Part shown: one piece after another, positions 17,968 to 26,549 of the stretch
How positions within the stretch are numbered: position 1 is the stretch's first letter
Layout of the letters: each line of letters begins with the position of its first letter
Assembly: GCA_045538345.1 (NCBI GenBank)
Contig: JAZSRE010000178.1
Coordinates: 1-38,836, forward strand
From: Clostridia bacterium
Lineage (GTDB): Bacteria; Bacillota; Clostridia; Monoglobales; Firm-18
Length of the DNA stretch: 38,836 nt
Reading direction: 5' to 3'
Position numbers and translations under genes: made by a program
Notes under the pieces: model-generated
What the model saw: the letters and a program-made list of their open reading frames with translations, nothing else
What the model was told of the DNA's origin: nothing
Databases searched by the model: none

Positions 17968-19218
17968 TTGAAAAAATATGTAATATACGGCGGCAAGCCT
18001 TTAAATGGAGAAATATGTGTAAGCGGTTCTAAAAATGCGGCGCTACCTGTACTTGCGGCAACTTTACTTACTGAAGATTGCTGCAAGATTTTTAATGTTC
18101 CAAATCTTTTGGATATAAGTAATATGTGTGAACTGTTAAATTGCTTAGGTTGCAGAATAAATTTGGCAAATGGTATATACGAAATTTGTGCAGGAGACCT
18201 TAAAAGCGACGTAATGAGCTATGAAACTGTAAATAAATTAAGGGCGTCATTTCTTGTTGCGGGACCTTTACTTACAAGAAACGGAAGGGTGAAAATTTCT
18301 CTTCCCGGAGGGTGCCAGATAGGTGCGAGGCCTGTTGATTTGCACCTTAAGGGGTTTATGGCTATGGGTGCAAAAATAGACCAGGGCAACGGTTATGTGG
18401 AGGCAAGCTGCAAAAGGCTTAAGGGTGCGAAAATATATCTGGATTTTCCAAGTGTCGGAGCAACGGAAAATCTCATTATGGCGGCTTCTCTTGCAGATGG
18501 AGTTACGGTTATAGAAAATGCAGCGGCAGAGCCTGAAATTACAGACCTTGCAAACTTTATAAACTCTATGGGTGGAAAGGTAAGCGGGGCGGGATCTGAC
18601 ACCGTGAAAATTGAGGGTGTCAAAAAGCTATGCGGAGCATCTCACGGGGTAATCCCTGACCGCATTGAAGCAGGAACATACGCCTTTGCTGCGGTGGCAA
18701 CACATGGGACCATTACCATAAAAAATGTAATAACAGACCATCTAAAACCCGTTATAGCAAAGCTTGATGAATGTGGAATAAAAACGCAAATTAAGGAAAA
18801 TTCACTTGTGGTTAACGGAAGCAAAAGAGCAACTGCAGCGGATATCAAGACAATGCCGTACCCGGGTTTTCCTACAGACTTACAAGCACCTTATGTTGCT
18901 CTTATGAGTGTAGCAAAGGGGACAAGTATGGTGGTGGAAACAGTTTTTGAAAACCGTTTTATGCATGTTCCTGAGCTTGGTAGGATGGGAGCGTCAATAA
19001 AAGTAGATGGAAGAACTGCCGTGGTTGAAGGACAGGAAAGACTAAGCGGTGCAACCGTAAAAGCAACTGACTTGCGTGCAGGAGCCGCCCTTGTGCTTGC
19101 AGGGCTTGCGGCAGAGGGAACTACTTTTATAGAGGGTGTAGAACATATAGAGAGAGGCTATGACGGTTTTGCCTACAGGATAGAACAACTTAGCGGAAGG
19201 ATTAAAATAGAACAATAA
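17968..19218 (+). CDS. murA: UDP-N-acetylglucosamine 1-carboxyvinyltransferase
   Basis: The active-site Cys loop LPGGCQIGARPVDLHLKG is present, with EPSP-synthase-fold repeats throughout. A TTG start at 17968 gives MKKYVIYGGKPLNGEI, which matches typical MurA N-termini, with GAAGGGA 8 nt upstream. The ORF track starts at 17941. Confidence 0.9.
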   Translation: MKKYVIYGGKPLNGEICVSGSKNAALPVLAATLLTEDCCKIFNVPNLLDISNMCELLNCLGCRINLANGIYEICAGDLKSDVMSYETVNKLRASFLVAGPLLTRNGRVKISLPGGCQIGARPVDLHLKGFMAMGAKIDQGNGYVEASCKRLKGAKIYLDFPSVGATENLIMAASLADGVTVIENAAAEPEITDLANFINSMGGKVSGAGSDTVKIEGVKKLCGASHGVIPDRIEAGTYAFAAVATHGTITIKNVITDHLKPVIAKLDECGIKTQIKENSLVVNGSKRATAADIKTMPYPGFPTDLQAPYVALMSVAKGTSMVVETVFENRFMHVPELGRMGASIKVDGRTAVVEGQERLSGATVKATDLRAGAALVLAGLAAEGTTFIEGVEHIERGYDGFAYRIEQLSGRIKIEQ

Positions 19219-19220
19219 TA

Positions 19221-19249
19221 TTGATTTTGGCAGTATTTTGATGTATAAT
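19221..19249 (+). promoter_or_regulatory. Sigma-A type promoter for the ABC-F gene
   Basis: TTGATT (19221-19226), a 17-nt spacer, then TATAAT (19244-19249). It lies immediately after the murA stop codon. Confidence 0.55.
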
Positions 19250-19282
19250 ATTTGGCAGTATAGTATAAAGGACTTGCGTACA

Positions 19283-21196
19283 ATGATATTAGTTAACACA
19301 TCAAATATAAAAAAAGAATTTGGCACAAGAGTTTTATTTGACAAGGTATCTTTAAGCATAGAGCATAATGACAAAATTGGTTTTGTAGGTGCTAACGGGA
19401 CAGGAAAATCCACACTTTTTAAAATACTTACCGAGGAAATTAATTTTGACGGCGGTGAAATGTACAAAAGTAAGGATTTAAACCTTGGATATATGCAACA
19501 GCACGCCCAGATGAATACAGAAAAAACCCTGTGGGCAGAGCTTATGTCAGTATATAAGCCACTTATTGATATAGAAAACAAACTAAAATCTATTGAAAGC
19601 CGTATAATAAACGGAGTAGGGGATTTAGAAGAACTTACGGAAGAACAACATCGTCTTAATGAGGAATATGAAGCCAATGGCGGGTTTGTATATAAAAATG
19701 TGGCAAAGGCAAGCTTGCTTGGACTTGGGTTTAAGGAAGAAGAGTTTGAAATGGAGTTTTCTTCCCTAAGCGGAGGCCAGCAGACAAGGGTTATTTTATG
19801 CAAGCTTTTGCTTGGAGAGAGTAACTTGCTTTTACTTGACGAGCCCACTAACCATCTGGATATTGAATCTACTGAATGGCTTGAAGATTTTTTAAGAGAC
19901 TATAAAGGTGCATTTGTTGTAATTTCTCACGACCGATATTTTCTTGACCGAGTAACAAATAAGACATTTGAACTTGAAAATAACAAGCTTACTGTTTATA
20001 ACGGAAATTACTCAACATACACAAAGCTTAAGGAAGAGCGTGAAAAAACTCTTTTGCGCAATTATGAAAATACAACAAGGGAAATTCAACGCATAGAGGG
20101 CATTATAGAACAGCAAAAGAGATGGAACAGAGAAAAAAATATAAAGACTGCCGAAAGTAAGCAAAAACAAATTGATAGGCTGGAAAAAGACCTTGAAAAG
20201 CCTGAAATTTTAAATGAAAATATCCGTTTTAACTTTAAGACCGTAAATATGGGTGGTACAGAGGTACTGCGGTGCAACAACCTTAAAATGGGGTTTGACG
20301 GAAAAATGCTATTTGAAAATGCAGATATAGAGGTTAACCGTGGTGAAAGGGTATTTTTACTTGGCGCCAACGGGTGCGGAAAAACCACTTTGTTTAAAAT
20401 TATTACGGGAGAACTTAATGCCATTGAAGGGCAGGTAAAAACAGGGGCAAATATCCAGGTTGGGTATTTTGACCAGAAACAGCAGAATCTGTCTCTTGAA
20501 AAAGATGCTATTGACGAGGTGTGGGATGCGTATCCTTCAATGACACAAACTGAAGTTAGAAATGCAATGGCGGCATTTTTGTTTAAAAATGATGATGTGT
20601 ATACCCCTGTAAAAAGCCTTAGTGGTGGTGAAAGGGCAAGAGTTGCACTTATAAAGCTTATGCTTTCAGGAGCTAATTTTTTGATTCTTGACGAACCTAC
20701 AAACCACCTTGATATAAGGTCCAGAGAAGCTTTGGAAGAGGCTTTGTTAAATTATGACGGGACTATGTTTGTAGTTTCTCACGACCGTTATTTTATAAAC
20801 AAACTTGCTACAAAAATATATTATATGCACAGTTGCGGAGTTAAAAAGTATGACGGGGATTATACATATTTTTCACAGAAGAAAAAAGAATCCGCTTGTG
20901 TTGTTGAACGTCAAACAGAAGTAAGTAGTGCGAAGCTCGATTATAAGGCTCAAAAAAAATACGAAGCAGAAGTTCGTAAGTTGAAAAATACAATAGAAAA
21001 AATCGAAAAAGAGATAGAGGAAACAGAAAAAAGAATTGCTGAGCTTGAAGAACAGCTTATGTTGCCTGAAAATGCAACCGATTATGAAAAAAGTCTTGAA
21101 ATTTCCAAATATCTCGATTCGGAAAAAGCAAAGTCCGAAAATCTATACACCCAATGGGAAGATTTTTCTTCACAACTTGCCGAAAAAATTCAATAA
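19283..21196 (+). CDS. ABC-F family ATPase (translation-associated, Uup/YdiF-like) with a C-terminal coiled coil
   Basis: Two soluble ABC cassettes with no TM domain. Walker A is GANGTGKST and GANGCGKTT. Signature is LSGGQQTRV and LSGGERARV. There is a charged inter-domain linker and a Lys/Glu-rich C-terminal helix. ATG 19283 gives MILVNTSNIKKEFG. The upstream ATG at 19238 lies inside the promoter. Confidence 0.85.
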   Translation: MILVNTSNIKKEFGTRVLFDKVSLSIEHNDKIGFVGANGTGKSTLFKILTEEINFDGGEMYKSKDLNLGYMQQHAQMNTEKTLWAELMSVYKPLIDIENKLKSIESRIINGVGDLEELTEEQHRLNEEYEANGGFVYKNVAKASLLGLGFKEEEFEMEFSSLSGGQQTRVILCKLLLGESNLLLLDEPTNHLDIESTEWLEDFLRDYKGAFVVISHDRYFLDRVTNKTFELENNKLTVYNGNYSTYTKLKEEREKTLLRNYENTTREIQRIEGIIEQQKRWNREKNIKTAESKQKQIDRLEKDLEKPEILNENIRFNFKTVNMGGTEVLRCNNLKMGFDGKMLFENADIEVNRGERVFLLGANGCGKTTLFKIITGELNAIEGQVKTGANIQVGYFDQKQQNLSLEKDAIDEVWDAYPSMTQTEVRNAMAAFLFKNDDVYTPVKSLSGGERARVALIKLMLSGANFLILDEPTNHLDIRSREALEEALLNYDGTMFVVSHDRYFINKLATKIYYMHSCGVKKYDGDYTYFSQKKKESACVVERQTEVSSAKLDYKAQKKYEAEVRKLKNTIEKIEKEIEETEKRIAELEEQLMLPENATDYEKSLEISKYLDSEKAKSENLYTQWEDFSSQLAEKIQ

Positions 21197-21201
21197 ATAA
21201 A

Positions 21202-21231
21202 GGTGGAAACAAAATTTGTTTCCACCCTTTT
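21202..21231. terminator. Bidirectional intrinsic terminator between the ABC-F gene and the DUF378 gene
   Basis: GGTGGAAACAA (21202-21212) pairs with TTGTTTCCACC (21216-21226). CTTTT follows on the plus strand and TTTATTTATT on the minus strand. Confidence 0.7.
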
Positions 21232-21247
21232 GCTAAATAACGGCAAG

Positions 21248-21442
21248 TTACATATTTCTCCTGTCTCTGAACAAGAATGTAATTGCCCACAAACCGGCTA
21301 AGCCTACGAGGGTAAAAATAATTCTGCTTATTATAGAACCCTGGCCACCAAAAAGCGCGCCTACTATATCGAAGCCAAAAATACCGATACTGCCCCAGTT
21401 AAGTGCACCGATAATTACCAGCAACAGTGAAATAAAGTCCAT
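21248..21442 (-). CDS. DUF378-family small membrane protein
   Basis: MDFISLLLVIIGALNWGSIGIFGFDIVGALFG... matches the DUF378 signature (GALNWG..G.F.FD.V..LFG) and has two TM helices. AAGGAG lies 9 nt upstream of ATG 21442. Confidence 0.75.
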   Translation of the reverse strand: MDFISLLLVIIGALNWGSIGIFGFDIVGALFGGQGSIISRIIFTLVGLAGLWAITFLFRDRRNM

Positions 21443-21625
21443 GTTTAAACACTCCTTTTTTATGTTGATAATCATATTTTTACGTAAAATAATAAAAAAT
21501 ATTCCGTAAAATTATGCCATTTCAAAAATTGTAACAAAATTGTAATATTTCTGTAATATGATTTTTTGAAAAAATGTATTATAATATATATGTAATAGTG
21601 TAAATTGATATTAATGGGAGGTTTT

Positions 21626-22072
21626 ATGATGATTAAAAAAATAATTGCTTTAGTTTGTGCGATTACAATAATGTCTGCTATGGTTGTGTGTGCAGCTCCT
21701 GATGTTTTGTATTCATCATCTGCGGGTAATTCAAATAACATCATTGTCATTACAAACCCGCCTACTGATAAATCTGCAACTTTTGATATGTCATATATTA
21801 TTTCGGGTTATGGCCGTCCGGGTGCAGAAGTAACAATGTATATTTTTGACGGAAGTGTGTATAAAAAATCTACTTATTCCTGGACAATTGGTGCAAGCGG
21901 ATTATTCTTTAAAAAGATTACACTTGCAAAGGGCAAAAACGCTTTGATTTGCTATGCGGAAGCAGGAAGTTCAAACCAGACGGTACCATTGGAAATAACT
22001 TACCTTGGTTCAAATTTTATGAACACACTTAATAATGCGGTAATTAATGTTACACAGGTGCCGAAAAGATAA
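21626..22072 (+). CDS. Small secreted hypothetical protein (probably an all-beta, Ig-like fold)
   Basis: Signal peptide MMIKKIIALVCAITIMSAMVVCAAP, with a beta-strand-rich mature part. GGGAGG (21616-21621) lies 4 nt before ATG 21626 and 7 nt before ATG 21629. Confidence 0.55.
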   Translation: MMIKKIIALVCAITIMSAMVVCAAPDVLYSSSAGNSNNIIVITNPPTDKSATFDMSYIISGYGRPGAEVTMYIFDGSVYKKSTYSWTIGASGLFFKKITLAKGKNALICYAEAGSSNQTVPLEITYLGSNFMNTLNNAVINVTQVPKR

Positions 22073-22084
22073 AATATTGTTTTT

Positions 22085-22119
22085 AAAGCTGTGTAAGCCT
22101 ATGGCTGCACAGCTTTTTT
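22085..22119 (+). terminator. Intrinsic terminator or attenuator after the secreted-protein gene
   Basis: AGCTGTG (22087-22093) pairs with CACAGCT (22108-22114), with an inner GCC/GGC extension and a following TTTTT run. The RBS of the next gene begins immediately afterwards. Confidence 0.6.
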
Positions 22120-22138
22120 AAAGGAGATTGAACTAGTT

Positions 22139-23593
22139 TTGAATAAGGAACGTATAAAACTATTCATTTTAATATTGCTTATTGTAAACAGTATTCAACT
22201 TACTGTTCAACTATGGTTTGACAGCAACCTGTGGCCAAATGGTTTTGGCGAGTTTGCGAGAAATGTTCCCGTTCTTGGTGAACTTGTTACTTTTTTTGCA
22301 GATAGAAATGGAGAATATACAGGTGAGGATTTTTATGCTAAAACCGTAAAGCCGAGGCGTATTGTAGTCAACGGAGGCGGTGCCAGAGAAGTTTATCTTA
22401 AAGAGTCGGAATTTTATAATGCCGGTATGGGTTATATTGAACCCTTGCTTAGTAAAATTTCTGAGCAAAACGTATATTCAACTGAAATTTCTTATGATGA
22501 ATGGAAAAACTATTTTAAGGCAAAATCAGTTTATGTGGATTATGGATATTATATGAATGGTAATGAGTTTGGCAGACTATTGGGGATTGATGGGGCTGCA
22601 AATGTGTTTGGACAGGCATCTGACTTTTCGGGATATATAATTACGCCTAATACTACTACAGGGACATTTACAATTTGTACATATAATGAGGCCCTTAACA
22701 AAGTAACACAGTATGAGTTTGGCGGAGATGTGGATAATCTGTTGAATTTTATTGAGGAAACAACTCGACAGAAACAGCAAAACCATGCATTTGCTTTTGA
22801 AATAAATCTTGATGTTATGTCTGCATCCGGTGAGGAAGTGGAAAGGAAAGTTGCTTTTTCTCCTTTATCATTGCTTGAGATTTCTACTGATGTAAGAAGC
22901 GAGCCTATACTTTCTGCTAACAAAGTTTTTGCGGATTCACAAGAGTTTGAGGAATTTACTGAAAAAGTGCTTAATGTTTTTGGTTATACTGCAAGTTCAC
23001 TTCGCAAAACAGTTCAAAGTGATGGTACTATAACTTTTGTTGAAAATAATGCCACAATCAAATTTTTTAATGATGGCACCATTGAATACAGTGCTGTATC
23101 AAAGGAAAATGGTTTAAGCCTTTCAAAAGGCATATCCAACAGTTACCAGGCAGTTTGCGATGTATTGAACGGGGCGGGTAAAATATGGAATATTTCCCGT
23201 GCAGATAATAGTGATTTCGATTATCACCTTTCATCCAACCTTAAGGATAATAAGGAGAATGTGTATGAGGTTAAAATAGACAGTATGTATAAAGGTACTG
23301 TTATACATTATTCAAACGTATGTGAAAATGCCGTTTATGGTAAGGTTGAAGAGGGATACATTACTAAACTTGTTGTTCATCTGTCTGATATTTCATATAC
23401 CAGCAAAAGCAATTCTGTTGTACCTGTACTTATGAGCATAGATACAATATATGAGAAATATCAAGACAATGGTATGGTAATTGAAGATGTTTACAGATGT
23501 TATGACTTTGATTCTTCGGGTACAGGTATATCAAAATGGATTTTTAAATTAAGGGGCAAGGAAGAATCTTTGGTTGTAGATATAGAAATGTAA
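22139..23593 (+). CDS. YycH (WalH)-like single-pass membrane protein
   Basis: 484 aa. The N-terminus MNKERIKLFILILLIVNSIQLTVQLWF resembles Bacillus YycH (MKRExIKxhhLxLLV...W). It has one N-terminal TM helix and a large extracytoplasmic body, and it is followed by a YycI-like gene. This is motif recognition only. Confidence 0.55.
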   Translation: MNKERIKLFILILLIVNSIQLTVQLWFDSNLWPNGFGEFARNVPVLGELVTFFADRNGEYTGEDFYAKTVKPRRIVVNGGGAREVYLKESEFYNAGMGYIEPLLSKISEQNVYSTEISYDEWKNYFKAKSVYVDYGYYMNGNEFGRLLGIDGAANVFGQASDFSGYIITPNTTTGTFTICTYNEALNKVTQYEFGGDVDNLLNFIEETTRQKQQNHAFAFEINLDVMSASGEEVERKVAFSPLSLLEISTDVRSEPILSANKVFADSQEFEEFTEKVLNVFGYTASSLRKTVQSDGTITFVENNATIKFFNDGTIEYSAVSKENGLSLSKGISNSYQAVCDVLNGAGKIWNISRADNSDFDYHLSSNLKDNKENVYEVKIDSMYKGTVIHYSNVCENAVYGKVEEGYITKLVVHLSDISYTSKSNSVVPVLMSIDTIYEKYQDNGMVIEDVYRCYDFDSSGTGISKWIFKLRGKEESLVVDIEM

Positions 23594-23612
23594 TTACAAA
23601 GGAATTGATACT

Positions 23613-24410
23613 ATGGAATGGAGCAAGATAAAAACAATTTTAATATGGTTGTTCAGCATAGTTAATTTGTTTTTGATAATAGTATATCTTAACAGTGTGT
23701 ACCTTGAAAATAATTTAAGTGATGATGTTATTTTGAATACTGTTGAGGTGCTGGGAAAAAATAATGTTATAATTTCTGAGGATATTATACCCAAGGGGCA
23801 TAATTCTGTTAAAATTTGCAATGTTGAAAACAGGCACGATTCTGTAGTGTCTGTACTTGAAACTGCAAAAAGGAGTGCAATAGAAAAGGGAGCGGATTTT
23901 TATATAGATACCGGTGTGGAAATAACAGGCAACGCATTTAAGTATGTAATTAGCGAGGATATGGAAATATCCAATCCTTACAAATATGCAAAAAAACTTA
24001 TAAAAAATTCGGGTTTGCTTGGGGATACTAATTATCTGACTGTCAAAGACAACAGTTGTGTGTGCTTTTATATGAGTTTTGATAATAAGATTTTTTATGA
24101 TTCTTATATAAAGGTAAAGTTTGATGAAAAGGGCATAAGAGAAATTTCGGGAAACAACTGGCTTGGTGATTATGTTACTGACGGTGGAGCAGCAGATACC
24201 GTTTCACCGGTTGAAATTCTTGTGGATTTTGCTACGGAAAACAAATTTGAAAAAAAAGTTACTGTAACAGAAATGAAAAGCGGTTATTATATAGGGGACA
24301 GGGTCCAAACCGTTAAGGTTACGGCTTTTCCTATATGGCATATTGCCCTTGACAATGGAAGAGTATTTGGTTATGATATGAGAAACGGCGACCTTGTCTA
24401 TAGTAAATAA
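23613..24410 (+). CDS. YycI (WalI)-like single-pass membrane protein
   Basis: 265 aa. The N-terminus MEWSKIKTILIWLFSIVNLFLIIVYL resembles Bacillus YycI (MDWNKTKSIFI..FLILN.FL). Its size and its position after the YycH-like gene fit. This is motif recognition only. Confidence 0.55.
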   Translation: MEWSKIKTILIWLFSIVNLFLIIVYLNSVYLENNLSDDVILNTVEVLGKNNVIISEDIIPKGHNSVKICNVENRHDSVVSVLETAKRSAIEKGADFYIDTGVEITGNAFKYVISEDMEISNPYKYAKKLIKNSGLLGDTNYLTVKDNSCVCFYMSFDNKIFYDSYIKVKFDEKGIREISGNNWLGDYVTDGGAADTVSPVEILVDFATENKFEKKVTVTEMKSGYYIGDRVQTVKVTAFPIWHIALDNGRVFGYDMRNGDLVYSK

Positions 24411-24502
24411 CAGTAATTTGAGTGCAGTATATAATTTATTTTGTGTTGTAAAATAACATATTTTATATGATGAGATATATATAAAACAAAGGGGGATTTT
24501 AT

Positions 24503-26257
24503 ATGGACATTTTTTCCGTAATAACACTTTTAGGTGGGCTTGCATTTTTCCTTTACGGTATGAATGTAATGTCTCAAGGATTAGAAAAGATGGCGGGAGG
24601 AAAGCTTGAAACTATTTTGCAGAAAATGACATCTAACCGCTTAAAGGCTTTGGGTTTGGGTATTCTTGTTACCGCAGCCATTCAGTCATCGTCGGCACTT
24701 ACTGTTATTTTGGTGGGACTGGTAAATTCAGGCATTATGCACTTTGGACGCACTGTTGGTATTATAATGGGTGCAAATATCGGCACTACTGTAACAGCGT
24801 GGCTTTTGAGTATGATAGGTATAGAAAGCAGTAATGTTTTCATAAGACTTTTAAAGCCTGAAAACTTTTCTTTGATATTTGCTCTTGTGGGCATTATACT
24901 GGTTATGATGGCAAAGAGTACAAGAAATAAAGATATAGGGTCAATTTTAATTGGTTTTGCAGTGCTTATGTTTGGTATGGAACTTATGAGCGGGGCTGTT
25001 GAACCGCTAAAAGATATGCCTGGTTTTACAAACTTGCTTGTAATGTTTGAAAATCCGTTGTTTGGTATTGTTGCAGGTGCTGTACTTACAGGTATTATAC
25101 AGTCATCTTCGGCGTCAGTTGGTATTTTACAGGCACTTTCTATGACGGGAAGAATTAATTTTTCCGTAGCATTTCCAATAATTATGGGGCAAAATATCGG
25201 TACTTGTGTAACTGCCCTTATTTCAAGTATAGGGGTAAGTAAAAATGCAAGAAAGGTATCAGTTGTTCATGTTACATTTAATCTTATGGGTACGCTGGTG
25301 TGGTCGATAGCATTCTACAGCGTAAATGCAATACTGGATTTGGATTTTGTTAATCAGGCAATAACTCCTGTGGGTATTGCGGTGGTACATTCTATATTCA
25401 ATATAAGTACAACTTTTCTTTTAATACCTTTTACAAAACAGATAGAAAGAATTGCAAATATAGTTATAAAGACTGATGATGTGGAAAAAGAGGGAAAGAG
25501 AGATTTTATTGATTCCCGTCTTCTTGCAACTCCGTCAGTTGCAATAGCCGAATGTAAAAAACTTACATGTAAAATGGCACAAGTTTCACAGGATATTATT
25601 CATCAGTCCTTTAGTTTATTTGATAAATTCGATGAAGAGATTGAGGGAAAAATGTTTGAAGATGAAGAAATGCTTGACCGCTATGAAGATAGACTTGGCA
25701 ATTATCTTATTGCAATTTCCAACAAGGAACTTTCCGATGAAGACAGCCGTGCCAAGTTTACCATGCTTCACAGTATAGGTGATTTTGAACGTCTTGGAGA
25801 CCACGCTCTTAACCTTTATAAGGCAGCAAAGGAACTTGTTACAAAAAAACTTGCTTTTACGGAAGATGCAGAAAGGGATTTGCTTGTACTTCGCCGTGCA
25901 GCGGAAGAAATTGTTGATAATACAATAAATGCATATATTAACAACGATATTTCTCTTGCTGTAAAGGTAGAACCGTTAGAACAGGTAATAGATAAGCTTA
26001 CTGCGGAAATCAAATCCAAACATATTGACAGGTTGCAACGTGGGGAATGTACAATTGAAATGGGATTTATTCTTTCTGATGTGCTTACGAATTATGAAAG
26101 AATTTCTGACCACTGTTCGAATATTGCTGTTGCAATGATAGAAATAAATCACGGTGCATTTAAAACTCATAAATATCTTAATAACCTTAAAAATTCAAAT
26201 AATGTTGAATATAATAATACCTATGAACTTTATGAGAATAAATATTCATTAAATTAA
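24503..26257 (+). CDS. Na+/phosphate cotransporter family protein with a C-terminal PhoU-like domain
   Basis: The Na/Pi motif is duplicated (QSSSALTVILVGL and QSSSASVGILQAL) within a polytopic N-terminal half. The C-terminal half is helical and PhoU-like (…GDFERLGDHA…, …YERISDHCSNIA…). Confidence 0.85.
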   Translation: MDIFSVITLLGGLAFFLYGMNVMSQGLEKMAGGKLETILQKMTSNRLKALGLGILVTAAIQSSSALTVILVGLVNSGIMHFGRTVGIIMGANIGTTVTAWLLSMIGIESSNVFIRLLKPENFSLIFALVGIILVMMAKSTRNKDIGSILIGFAVLMFGMELMSGAVEPLKDMPGFTNLLVMFENPLFGIVAGAVLTGIIQSSSASVGILQALSMTGRINFSVAFPIIMGQNIGTCVTALISSIGVSKNARKVSVVHVTFNLMGTLVWSIAFYSVNAILDLDFVNQAITPVGIAVVHSIFNISTTFLLIPFTKQIERIANIVIKTDDVEKEGKRDFIDSRLLATPSVAIAECKKLTCKMAQVSQDIIHQSFSLFDKFDEEIEGKMFEDEEMLDRYEDRLGNYLIAISNKELSDEDSRAKFTMLHSIGDFERLGDHALNLYKAAKELVTKKLAFTEDAERDLLVLRRAAEEIVDNTINAYINNDISLAVKVEPLEQVIDKLTAEIKSKHIDRLQRGECTIEMGFILSDVLTNYERISDHCSNIAVAMIEINHGAFKTHKYLNNLKNSNNVEYNNTYELYENKYSLN

Positions 26258-26266
26258 AGATAAATT

Positions 26267-26303
26267 AAACACCCATCCATTGGATGGGTGTTTTTGTGTT
26301 TTT
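26267..26303. terminator. Bidirectional intrinsic terminator between the Na/Pi transporter gene and the convergent microprotein gene
   Basis: AAACACCCATCC (26267-26278) pairs with GGATGGGTGTTT (26282-26293). TTGTGTTTTT follows on the plus strand and a T-rich tract on the minus strand. Confidence 0.7.
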
Positions 26304-26306
26304 GAA

Positions 26307-26486
26307 TTAGCAACATTCGTTTTCGCAACCGCAACCACAGTTGTTAGATGGACGAGAGCTACCACAATCGTTGTTGCAGAAAATAAGCAAGAAAAGAATG
26401 ATAAACCACAAAATTGTATCATTACCGCCAAAAAGACCGCATCCGCTGTTAGTGTTGCAACCGCAACCATTACCAAACAAACTCAT
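26307..26486 (-). CDS. 59-aa Cys/Gly-rich single-pass membrane microprotein (not in the ORF track)
   Basis: The minus-strand translation is MSLFGNGCGCNTNSGCGLFGGNDTILWFIILFLLIFCNNDCGSSRPSNNCGCGCENECC. AAGGAGGA (26501-26494) puts GGAGG 8 nt from ATG 26486. The stop is TAA at 26309-26307. The gene is flanked by a terminator and a divergent promoter region. Confidence 0.6.
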   Translation of the reverse strand: MSLFGNGCGCNTNSGCGLFGGNDTILWFIILFLLIFCNNDCGSSRPSNNCGCGCENECC

Positions 26487-26549
26487 ATATAAATCCTCCT
26501 TAATTTTTGTTACAATATATACTATGTTGAGTGAAAATTTTTGTTACTG

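Noticed and set aside
19228-19243. Sigma-54-like TGGCAG...TTGAT upstream of the ABC-F gene
   Set aside because: The spacing between the GG element and the would-be -12 element is off by one, and the conserved GC of the -12 box is missing. A good sigma-A promoter already explains the region.
19042-19848. 268-aa minus-strand ORF spanning the murA 3' end and the ABC-F 5' end
   Set aside because: It lies antisense to two strongly motif-supported genes. Its translation is Ser/Leu/Pro-rich low complexity with no RBS. This is a typical shadow ORF of AT-rich coding sequence.
21472-21750. 92-aa minus-strand ORF across the DUF378 / secreted-protein intergenic region; likewise 29932-30195 upstream of gdhA and 24204-24545
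   Set aside because: These ORFs arise in very AT-rich intergenic DNA, and their translations are Ile/Phe/Tyr/Asn-rich nonsense. They overlap promoters and the starts of the real genes, and they have no RBS.
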